Below are positions 36,801 to 48,600 of a DNA stretch of 64,000 bases, piece after piece. Both the position numbers and the translations under genes were made by a program. Below the pieces are notes generated by a model. It saw nothing but the letters and a program-made list of their open reading frames with translations. It searched no databases and was not told the DNA's origin. The stretch covers positions 54,064,001 to 54,128,000 of the forward strand of contig NC_058381.1 in the NCBI RefSeq assembly GCF_018350175.1. The letters run 5' to 3'. The stretch comes from Felis catus (taxonomy: Eukaryota). Within the stretch, counting starts at the first letter, position 1; each line of letters starts with the position of its first letter.

Positions 36801-39649
36801 CAACACGCCCGGGCCTGACAATAAGAAATATCCCCTCTGGAACGATTCTTGAGGAAATACAACTATTACTGTCAACATAACGTGGGGTGCCAGCTCCGGG
36901 GAGCACGTCCTGCTGCTGCCCCCCAGCAAGGTTGGCCAGGGTGCTGGGAACAGGATGGGGACTGAGCCGCTCTGTACATGACCCGTCACTCGCTCAGTTG
37001 GGGACAGGGTGGCCTGAGCCACAAGGATGCGAGAGAACTCTCTGTGTTAGAGAATGCAAGTTTGCTAGGGAGAAGGAGCCTGTAATATTTTAAAGCTAGG
37101 TTTAAGGGGCGCCTGGGTGGCTCAGTCGGTTAAGCGTCCGACTTCGGCTCAGGTCACGATCTCGCGGTCCGTGAGTTCGAGCCCCACGTCGGGCTCTGGG
37201 CTGATGGCTCAGAGCCTGGAGCCTGCTTCCGATTCTGTGTGTCTCTCTCTCTCTCTGCCCCTCCCCCGTTCATGCTCTGTCTCTCTCTGTCTCAAAAACA
37301 AATAAAACCTTAAAAAAAAAAAAAAAAGCTAGGTTTAAAAAAAAAAATCAGGGAATTGCAAATACAAATAGGAAAAAAAAAATACAGGAAAACAAAAGCT
37401 TTCCCATAATGGGTAACCATGATTAACAGCTGAGCATATGCCTTCCAGACTTTTCCCTCCTGCCCCAGTGGGCATGGTACCACAGTGTTTCTATGTTCTG
37501 GATTCAGATTCCCTGGTCAAATGTTGCCTCGGCCACTTACCAGGGTTTGTGATCCTGGGTGTGTTTATTTACCCTCCCTGGGCCTCAGTGTCCTCATCTG
37601 TCATACAAGGAAAATAATACCACCCGCTTTATAAGGTTGCTCTAAGGATTGTGTGAGTTAATATAAAACGCTCCAAGAAGTGCCCGGAGCGTGGCAAGGG
37701 ATCAATAGAAGTTAGTCATCATTATGCACTTTGACTCTTGTAGCACATGTACGCAAACGATATCTAGCTATCTGTCCATCCATCCTGACTTTAAAGCTGC
37801 TTTCTCACCCCACAAAATGTCATAAACTCTTTTAAATGGGGTGCTTCCACACCATGGTTTTTATCAGCTGCACGGTGCTTCCCACATGATTGCTCTGCGA
37901 TCGTTCCCATAATGTTGGGTGACCAGCTTGGCTCCTTGTTTGTCGATATTATAGTTAATGCTGCGATGAACATCCTTGCAGTAACGTATTTTCATACGTG
38001 CTAAATCATTTCCTCGAGGATACGTTTTCGGTGGTGAAATTGCGGAGTTAAATTTTAAGGCTTTTTATACATATTTACAAATTGTCAGAAGGAATCACCT
38101 TCAATTCATCTCCATAGCTGGAAAAGCATCATCTGTGCCAGCACTGATGGCGTGAGTAGAATTCCTGCATAAGAAACAGCTTATGCAGGGGCTCCTGAGT
38201 GGCTCAGGAGGTTAAGAGTTTGATTTCAGCTCAGGTCATGATCTCACAGCTTGTGAGTTCGAGCCCCACATCGGGCTCTCTGCTGTTAGCACAGAGCCTG
38301 CGTCAGAGCCTCTGTACCTGCCCCCCTCTCTGCCCCTCCCTGGCTCATGCGCTCGCTCTCTCTCTCTCCCTCTCTCTCAAAAATAACTTAAAAAAAATTA
38401 AGAAAAAAAAAAAACAGCTCATGGCAAGCGGACATCTTTTGCCCTGGGAGGTGGCGTTTTGGGAAGCATAGATTACCAGCCGTGGAGTGTTTATGCCCCA
38501 ACAACTGAACCCGAATCTGATCAGCCAGTTCCTTGAATCTAATTAGAAATACCAGGGATCGAAGTACAAGCGTACCACACCACGAAAAAGCAGCTAGCCA
38601 AACCCCGAAGGTGGGGCCTTCTACAGTGGGTATCGGCCAACAATGGCCCCACCGCCTGTTTGTGTAAATAAAGTTTTATTGGAACACAGACATGCCCGCT
38701 CATTTGCACACTGCCTGTGACTGCTTTTGCACTGCAAAAGGAGACTCGAAGAGCTGTGACAAAAGCTATATAGCCCTCAAAGCGTAAAACACGTACTCTC
38801 TGGCCCTTTACAGAACAAGTTAGCTGGGCCTCTGTCCTGTAGAACCTGGTCTCTCCAACTAATTAACTGCACGTAAACAAAGCAACAATGAAAACAGAAT
38901 AAAAAGGAGGGGGAGGGGACTATGTAGGAAGGAGGCACACCAACCAAAAGCAATGTGTAGACCTTGTGTGGACGCTGAGTTCAACCAACCAACTTTTATT
39001 TATTTATTTAGGTAATGTTTATTTTTGAGAGAGAGAGAGAGACGGAGTGTGAGTGGAGGAGGAGCAGGGGGAGAGAGAGACACAGAATCCGAAGGGGGGT
39101 CCAGGCTCCGAGCTGTCAGCACAGAGCCCGATGTGGGGCTTGAGCCCACGAACCGGGAGATCGTGACCTGGGCCGAAGTCGGACGCTTAACCAACTGAGC
39201 CACCCAGGCGCCCCATCAACCAACCAACTTTTAAAAAGGCACCTCTGAGATAATCAGGGCCATTGTATCAACAGACATCAAGGGATTGATTGCTCATTGT
39301 GTTAGGTGTTACCAGGGACATGGTTGTTGTTATGTTTAAAGAAAAGTCCTTTTAGGTAAGAAATGCACACTGACATATGTAAAGGTGAAATTACACGCTT
39401 AATATTTGCTTTTAAAATATCGCAGTTAGGGGCGACTGGGTGGGTCAGTTGGCTAAACATATGACTTCAGCTCAGGTCGTGATGTCACAGTTCGTGAGTT
39501 CAAGGCCCGCGTTAGGCTCGCTGCGGGCAGTGCAGTCTGCTTTGGATCCTCTGTCTCCCTGCTCTGCCCCTCCCCTACTCACGAGCATGTGCACGCACTC
39601 TCTTTCTCAAAAACAATAAACAAACATTAAAAAAATATTGCAGTAAAGA

Positions 39650-39693
<44 letters not shown>

Positions 39694-42600
39694 TGGGGGA
39701 GGGGGATAGGCAAAATCAGGTGAGCAAAGTGCTGACAATCACTGAGACTGAGAGATGGGTATATGAGACTTAATGACACTGGTCTCTCTACTCTGGCCTA
39801 TCTTGGAAAATTTCCACAATAGAAAGTTAANNNNNNNNNNNNNNNNNNNNNNNNNNNNNNNNNNNNNNNNNNNNNNNNNNNNNNNNNNNNNNNNNNNNNN
39901 NNNNNNNNNNNNNNNNNNNNNNNNNNNNNNNNNNNNNNNNNNNNNNNNNNNNNNNNNNNNNNNNNNNNNNNNNNNNNNNNNNNNNNNNNNNNNNNNNNNN
40001 NNNNNNNNNNNNNNNNNNNNNNNNNNNNNNNNNNNNNNNNNNNNNNNNNNNNNNNNNNNNNNNNNNNNNNNNNNNNNNNNNNNNNNNNNNNNNNNNNNNN
40101 NNNNNNNNNNNNNNNNNNNNNNNNNNNNNNNNNNNNNNNNNNNNNNNNNNNNNNNNNNNNNNNNNNNNNNNNNNNNNNNNNNNNNNNNNNNNNNNNNNNN
40201 NNNNNNNNNNNNNNNNNNNNNNNNNNNNNNNNNNNNNNNNNNNNNNNNNNNNNNNNNNNNNNNNNNNNNNNNNNNNNNNNNNNNNNNNNNNNNNNNNNNN
40301 NNNNNNNNNNNNNNNNNNNNNNNNNNNNNNNNNNNNNNNNNNNNNNNNNNNNNNNNNNNNNNNNNNNNNNNNNNNNNNNNNNNNNNNNTTCATTTAACTC
40401 AGGGTATAAATTTTCCAAAATTATCTGTTATTATATAGCTGGCTATTAAACAATTTTGACGAGTGATTTTAAATGATATTAGATAGGGGGCACCTGGGTG
40501 GCTCAGTCAGTTAAACGTCCAACTTCAGCTCAGGTCATGATCTCACGGTCCGTGAGTTCGAGCCCCGCGTCGGGCTCTGTGCTGACAGCTCAGAGCCTGG
40601 AGCCTGCTTCCGATTCTGCGTCTCCTTCTCTCTCTGCCCCTCTCCTGCTTGTACTCTATCTCTGTCTCTGTCTCTCTCTTTCTCAAAAATAATTAAACAT
40701 TAAAAAAAACTTTTAAAAAAGTATATGTAAAAAAATAATAAATAAAAATAATCCCGTACTAGCGGGTGCACGGGTGGCTCAGTCAGTTAAGCATGTGACT
40801 TCGGCTCAGGTCATGATGTTGCAGTTCATGAGTTCAAGCCCTGCGTCAGGGTCTGTGCTGACAGCTCGGAGCCCGGAGCCTGCTTCCGATTCTGTGTCTC
40901 CCTCTCCCTCTGCCCCTCCCCCACTCATACTCTGTCTCTCTCTCTCTCAAAAATAAGTAAACATTAAACAAATTAAAAAAAAATTAGTCCTCAGGAAATC
41001 AAAGCCGTGCAAAAATAATTACAAGGATGTGGATCGTTATGTTTCTTAATATTAGCAAAAAATTGAAAAACAATCCAAATATCCAGCATTAGGGAATTGG
41101 TAACATAAATTCCATTACAGCCACACAATGGACATGTGAAGAATCATGTAATGGAGTTTATATGAAAATATTCATCGACAGGGAAGGAGAGTCACAATAG
41201 GTTCTTAAGGTTCTTACCAAATAGTAATATTTGGGTGTCATTTGTAAAAACCTGGACACAGACTAAGGAATTGTGTTTCCAGTTTTTCACAAATGACACC
41301 CAAATATTACTATCTCTGAGAGAAACAGGTAAACTTACTTTTTTCCTTCTTTTTTTTTCCCTCTCTCTCTCTCCCTCCCCAGTTTTTGGGGCTTATCTGC
41401 ACTTTCTACGTTTTCCTTCTATACAGGATATCTATTAGCCATGCAGTAAGAAAAAAGGCCAACAGAAATACGGATTAGCAGTCATTGTTGCCCGACTGGA
41501 TTTCTCAGAGTGGGTCTAGATCTGGCCTCGGATACCAAATGGAAGTGTTCTCTCCTGAGACTGTTCTGGAAACTGTTCCGCCACTTTATTTGATTTGGTT
41601 GCTCGGGTCCTTCCTAGCCTGTCTGGTCAGGGAGCCCCATGGTGTGTTCCCTGAAGCTGGGACAGGGTTTTCAAGTCCAAGGAAGGGGTGGGAGATGTGG
41701 GGAGACTTTGGGCACAGGCTGCAAATGCTGAGGGACCAGTTCTGTTCTCTCTCTTCCCATCTAGAAAAAACTGCGCTACATGGAAAATTCCATTCTGAGG
41801 CGAGGACCCCTCCAGTGCATCAGAACACAGTTTTCCATCTGTGGGTCCCTGGAGGTCCTTGGAAGGTGGGCCTGCGGCTATATTGCAAGAGATCCACGAA
41901 TCCCCTTGTCAATGAAGGACTGTCTGGAGAATGGGGGCGCCTGGGTGGCTCAGCCGGTTAAGTGTCCGACTTCGGCTCAGGTCATGATCTCACAGTTCAT
42001 GAGTTCAAGCCCTGCATCGGGCTCTGTGCTGACAGCTCGGAGCCTGGACCCCGCTTCAGATTCTGTGTCTCCCTCTCTCTCTTTGCCTCTTCCCCGCTTG
42101 TGCTCTCTCTCTCTCTCTCTCAAAAATAAACTTAAAAAAAAAAGAATCATCTAGAGAATGAATAAAATATGCAAGTATTTTCCAAATAATAGATGACGTT
42201 TTAATAAATAAAACGCCAACTTATTTTAAAGTGTTACTGAATTAACCATAGTTTTTTTTATTATAAAGTTTTTCAATTAATGGGTGCTAAAATTATAGCT
42301 ACTTATGTATAGAACTGAGACTCACAGCGGTATTCTATGGGGAGGAACGTGTGGGTTCTCTTGGAGAACATTTATGGTTGATATATTTATTTTTTACAAA
42401 AATTGAATAATCCCAGGAATAAGCATATTCTGAATCATGTGTTGACAACATATTAACTACATCTCTGTGATTTCAAGGCTCACTGCTTGCGTTTGTGCCG
42501 GCAGCACACGACAACTGCCCTAAATATCAATGTTTAATGTTCAAGGAGGTGTTTCTCAAACTGGAGGCCTGCAGTGGATTGGCCAAGGACGGATGTGTGT

Positions 42601-45600
42601 CTAAAAGTCTAGGAACCCTGTGGGAGGGCGGGGAGGGTGGGTGATGGGTATTGAGGAGGGCACCTTTTGGGATGAGCACTGGATGTTGTATGGAAACCAA
42701 TTTGACAATAAACTTCATATATTGAAAAAAAAATTAAAAAAAAAAACACGTCTAGGAACCCTTACGGGCAACCTTGGCTTCCGGCGGTGGGGGGGGGGGG
42801 GGGGGGCATTTGGTGTGGCGGTTAGACTGTCATATGCCCAATGGCCACCAGATGGCGCCCCAGGATGCAGCTGCCTCCAGAGCCGTGGGGACCAGGACTC
42901 CCGAGTGGCGTCAGTGGCCGGCCCCTTCCAGCCTCGCTGCCCGCTGCTTTGGCAGGGATATTGGCCACAAGCTGCCCTCCCCTTTTGCCTCCATGGGGTC
43001 ACAGCAGAGGGAGTACCTGACGGTCACTCGGGGGTCATGGGTCACTCCGCACACCATGGAGGCCTGGGTGCCCTTGATGACACTCTGGTCCTGGGGAGGC
43101 TTGGTGATGCGGGTCCGGGCTGAAAGAGGGCAGGGAGACAGGGTGGTGAGAAGGGGGTGTAGAGCCGGAGTAACAGGTGAGACGCGGGTGTGTGGGAAGG
43201 GCGCCTTCGGGTAAACCGAGCCCGAGTGGCTGAGTTCGACGGGTAGGCGGAGGCAGGCCCCGCGCGTGGACAGGTCTACCACGGCCGATGTCCCAGAGCG
43301 TTAAGGGAACAATGTGCCTCCGTGGTACTTGAATTCTTGAAAGCCACGTTCGTGGCGGGGGCTCGTTTAATCCTGCCCCCACGAACCCACGTGAGGGATA
43401 CACAAACGGAAATCTGAGAGTGATCGGGGGCCCATGGTCCCAGCACATCGGTGGTCTAGCCAGCGTGAAAACCGCATCCCCTGCTGCACGGCATTCGAGC
43501 CCATGGGTGTTCAGCCTCCCCAGGTGGCCCACATGCATGTCTGTCTTGGGCGTGGATCCCCAGTGGCGCAATCTGACCGCACAAGGGGCTTGATTCGCTT
43601 CCTTAAAGCAGGGCTCAGAACACTACGGTCGGGGGCCGAGTCCGGCCGGTAGCCTCTTTGGCTACCAAGGCCACTAGCATCGGAACACAGCCGTGCCCTC
43701 TGGCTGCTTCCTTGCTGAAACAGCAAAGGCAGTCGAGGAGTCGGGACAGAGGCCGTCCAGCCCACGCAGCCTAAAAGAGTTACTCTCTGGCCCTTTACGC
43801 AACGGGGGTGCCGACTGCCGCCCTAACGTTGAAGACAGCTGCCCACCGCCTCTCTGTTCTCACTCGGCCACGCGTGGCGAGAGCCCTCGCTCTCGTGGCA
43901 CCATCGGCAGAAGCCCGGCCTTCCCTCTGCAGTCATTCATTCGTCCGAGCCCTTCTCTCGGAAGAAGCGCCCCTGGCGGGACCGACGTGCGGGTGTGGAG
44001 GTGCCGGCAGGGGGACACTGTGCTCGGCACACACCCACGCACGGACGTGTGAAGGCACTGTGCACACTCACCCCACACGACCAGGTCGGCCGAGGCTTCG
44101 TCGACCCCCCGAGAGTTGGTGGCCAAGCAGGTGTAGGTCCCGGCGTCGGAGATGCGCGTGGGGCTGACGAGCAGGCTGCCCGACTCCAGCAGCGTGAATC
44201 GAGGCAGCTGGACGGAGCCGCTGGCCAGGATGCGCTCCCCTGAGGGCGACACGGGGTGGGCTCGGGGTGCGGCCGGCTGTGCGCGTCCACGCAGCCCCCG
44301 GCACTCGGACACGGCACGAGCCCCCTCCCCGGCGGCTCCGGGCAGGTGGTCTCGGGCAGGCCCCCAGCTTTAGAAAGACTGGGAGGGCCGCGGAGGTGGG
44401 GGCAGGGCTGGGGTGGGGGTGGAGGCCCAGGGGGGTTTCTGACGTGGTGACAGGCACGAGGGCGCTCGGTCACAGAGCCCGGGTCTCCTGGCGTCTCTCT
44501 CTCCACCCACCGCGCCGTCTGCCCTTCGCCGGAGGAGGCCAGGGACGGTCTCCTGGAGCAGCCAGGCACAGCTCTCGGAGACAGCTGGCACCCGGGCCGG
44601 GGGGGGGAGGGGGCAGACAGCTCTGACAAGGTGGTGACGGGCATCCTGCGGCAGGATGCTTCTGGAGAGTCACCTTCAGGGGAGAGGAGGGAAGTGATGG
44701 GCGGGGGGGGGGGGGGAGCAGCAAGGAGCGGGGGCGGGGAGGGGTGGACAGGGACAGGGTGGGCCAGGCCTCCCTCTGTGGTGGGACCTGGGGAGGCCTG
44801 GTGCCTGGGGGTGAGGGAGGGAGATGAGCCCGAGACTGAATCTATTTTAAAGACAATCCCACCTGTCTGTGCAGAGGGGTATCTTCATGTGCAAGCCTGT
44901 GGGTGTCTCCCTTTGCACCCACGGGCAGGAATACTGAACCAGTGAGCGTGTCGGGTGAGCGTGTTTATTTGTGTCCATACCCGCGCCTGGCTGTGCCTCC
45001 ACTCACCCCACAAATATTTATTGAGCAGCTACCATGTGTCAGTCTCGGCCTGGGCCCCAGGAAGACAGCGGCGGGCCAAACCGAAGCCTGGGTCTTCGCG
45101 GGGCGGCAGGTGACAAGCTGAACGAAGGGGCAGGTTTTCTTGTATATAAGGAGGTGGAGAAATTGAGCCGCGGGGGCGGCGTGGGGAGGCCCGGGGGAGG
45201 GGGCAGGTGAGTCCTAGGGAGAAGCTTCCTCCACGCAGACTCGGGAGGTGCGAGGGAGTGACTGCAGGTGCACGCACACGTGTGTGCACACGGGGAGAGC
45301 TGGGAAGGCGAGGTGTGGAACTAGAGCCGCGGAGGAGCCACCGAGGGCGGGACTGCCTGAGCTTCGCTGGCTCGGGTGTCGGGAGCCCTCCGCGCTGCCG
45401 TGGGGGCAGGGATGGTCTCCCACTTGCACGGACGGCCACCACCGTGATACGGACCGTCAAACAGCGGCCATTCACTGGGTTTCCCCACCGCCGAGGCACA
45501 GTGCTGGCTCTTGTTTCGTCCTCACGCTGACCCAAGGTATATGGTCCCATTGTCCTCAGTTTACAGACAGGGATCCTGAGGCTCGGAGTGAGTAAATGAT

Positions 45601-48600
45601 TCACCCAAGGTCACAGGTCTCTGGAGCTGCAGAGCCGGGCGTTGAGCCCAGCGGGGCGGCACGTGGTGCATACTGTGGTGTGAAAGACGCCCCGCCCCTG
45701 GGGGTGTGCAGTGCACGACCTTCACAACTGTACATAGGGAACCCGACCCGGCTGTCTCCAGAACTGAGCTCTGAGGACTGCCCTAGGCTGTCACACAGCC
45801 ACACCCTCCAAAGGAGATCAGTCCCATCTACCTTTCTGCCAAGTGATGGCCGGCCGGGGCGCTCCCGAAGTCTCGCAAGCCAGCACGACTGACATGCCAT
45901 CGATCACTGTGCTGTCCAAGGGGCCCCTGGTGATGTTGGGGGCGATGCCTGCAAAAGGAGACAGTGGAGCCTCTCAGCTACACCCCAGAGGAGCCCCCAC
46001 CGCTAGAGGGCCAGGTGCTCATCCTGCCCCTGCCACCAAGAAGGACGCAGGTGTCCCGATGGGACCCCAGCACCGGAGAAAAGCCCGGAAGGCCCTCCGG
46101 GGCTCCCTGCACCACCTGCCCTGTGGCAGGACCCAGGCTACACCAGCCCTTCTGCCTTGATTCTTCGGCCTCCATCTGGAGGAAAAGGGAGGACCCCCGA
46201 GGGCGGCTCACACCCGCCATGATGCCTCCTTCACTGAACAGGACATCGAGGCTGTGGGTTCCTGACAGAAAAAACGGTTATGGCCAATAGGAGAACACTG
46301 TCCACTCTGCACAAGGCCTGGCCCTGGAGAGTCCACAGCCCGGTCGAGCTGTGGTTTTTCAAGATGCAGCACGGCGTTCTTGCTTTGCGCTGGCCTTCCC
46401 TGGCCCGGCCCTCAGGGGCAGACGTGCATGGGAGGAGCAGAGCTTGGATACGGACCAGCGCCGGCTTCGCCCACACTCCTCGGAAGCAAGAAGCGAGATG
46501 GCAGCCCTTCTGCCCCCAGTGCCATTTTGGGGCAAACCCAGCTGGCCCTCTGCCCCACGGCCGCCCTGTTTGGGGGGGCCTCTGTGGGACTGAGGGCCTC
46601 CCCCGAGGGACGCCGGGAGGCCCAAGACCACACATCCTCTTGCTGCTGAGACAAGGAACCCAGCGGCACTTTGCACGTGCACAGAGCTCTGCCATCGACG
46701 GTGTGGCCACTCGTGTGGCATTGGCTGCGAACGCAGCTCCGTGAAGAGGGCGGGAGAGCTATGCTCCCCGCCAAGACACTCCAAGAGGGCAAACGGTATG
46801 AAGGAGGGACTGAGATGAAAGCCCTGGGTCTCTCTGGAGAAGTGAGCGAGTCTTCTCAGTGGGGACGGGGTGGCTTCAGCCCTGTCCAGGAGGCCAGGGG
46901 CAGCTGCGAGGCCAGAGCAAGACGTGGCCTCACAGACGCTTCTCTCTGAGAGCCCGTGAACCCCTCCGCGGCTCAGGGTCCTGGAGCGCCAGACCCGGGC
47001 TGGGAGAGCAGTGGGCGCAACCGGCTAGGGCCGCCCCCGCTGCTGAGTTTTCTGGAATCCTAGCTCTGCAAAATGCAGCATCTCTTCTCGAGAGGCTGCT
47101 GGCTTGGAGGAAGGCTGCATCCTGGGAGCGGAGGGACTCCGGGGCAGGACAGCGGAGGCCCAACTTACTGGTGACAGCCAGGTAGGTAGAGGTCTGCACC
47201 TCGCCGGCCGCGTTGCGGGCAAAGCACTGGAACATGCCGGTGTCGTCGGGCACCAGCCCGCTGATCTGCAGGCCCCCGTCGCCACGCTGCCGGAACCGGT
47301 TCAGCCTCCCCACCTCCACCACGGCCGCGTCCTTGTACCAGATGATGGAGGGCGGTGGCACACCTAGGGGGACACGCAGGCCCACAGTCAGCCCACCTCC
47401 GGGCTCCCTCCCTCCTGCCTCTGAGGGGTGCCTGGAAGTCTGCATGGGGAGGGTGTCCCTGTGTGTCCTGCTCCCCAGAGCCTTCTTAGAGGGGCCGCTA
47501 ATGGTCTTGGAGGAGGTGAAGGATGTTCTCGGGGTGGCATTTCTCAAGTTCTTATAAGAGCAGGGGTTCCGAGAAAATTTAGCTGGGTTAGTTTCGCTTG
47601 GAAATGGTGGATGGGACAAATGAATCAAAAAAAATTTTTTTTTAAGAAAGAGAGCGAGAGCAGGGGAAGGGCAGAGGAAGAGGAAGAGACAGAATCTTAA
47701 GCAGGCTCCATGCACAGCGTGGAGCCCGATGAGGGGCTCGATCCCATGACTCTGGAATCATGACCTGAGCCGAAATTAAGAGCTGGGACGCTCAACCTAC
47801 TGAGCCACCCAGACGCCCCATAAATTAATTTTTAACTGGAATTAATTTTTTTTAATGCTTATTTATTTTTGAGAGAGAGACAGACAGAGCGTGAGCAGGG
47901 GAGGGGCAGAGAGAGAGGGAGACAGAGAATCCGAAGCAGGCTCCGGGCTCTGAGCCATCAGCATAGAGCCAGACGTGGGGCTCAAACCCATGAACTGTGA
48001 GATCGTGACCTGAGCTGAAGCTGGACGCTTACCCGACCGAGCCATCCAGGTGCCCTAACTGCAATTTAATTTAGCAGAGACTTTTATGTATTTTGGGAAC
48101 CTCCAACGGGGGTTCGTTTCCCGAGCCCACATGACCGCAGAGTCCCGTGTCGAGCAGCACACAGAGGAGGCTGGCGCTTCTCGGGAGCCCTCTCCTACCT
48201 GGTCTGCACAGGGAGGTGAACAGGGGCTCCCCGTCTCTCAGCCTTGCCCAAGCCACACACCCCTGGGCCTGGCACGGTCTTCTCGCACGTGTCCCCAGCC
48301 TCCCCTCTCTCCCTCTGGGTCCCAGCTCAAATGTGACTTCCCCAGGTGAGCTCCCACCCTCCATCCGAAGGAGCACTCGTGGCCCCAAGCCCCCTACACC
48401 TGCTTGCTTCTCCTTCCCAGCTCTGTTTCAACCCTGACATTCTACGACGCTGTATTTCATCCTTTCCACGGGGCACACACATTCTTTCACGTGGTAACAT
48501 CTCCGAGACAAAGGCGTCTTCCTATCGAAAGCACATCATCATTTCATTGGTAGTCTTTTTTCTTTCTTAGTGGCACATAAAATAATGGGGCATCTCACAA

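Larger units (their letters stand above)
38480..39830 (+). mobile_element. Ancient L1 3' UTR interrupted by MER58A and two SINEs
   Basis: aaccaaaagcaatgtgtagaccttgtgtggacgctg...aatgcacactgacatatgtaaaggtgaaat...atttgcttttaaaata. Confidence 0.55.

Noticed and set aside
39773-40438. ORFs made of X residues (also at 32297, 53545 and 59781)
   Set aside because: Artefacts of assembly gaps.
43345-43393. Small hairpin gttcgtgg...ccacgaac upstream of exon 12
   Set aside because: The stem is short and bulged, and plausible by chance in GC-rich DNA.
44595-44770. G-rich tracts with G-quadruplex potential (also 27787-27809 and 28130-28152)
   Set aside because: Such runs are common throughout this GC-rich gene and often serve as polypyrimidine tracts or intronic G-runs; nothing singles these out.
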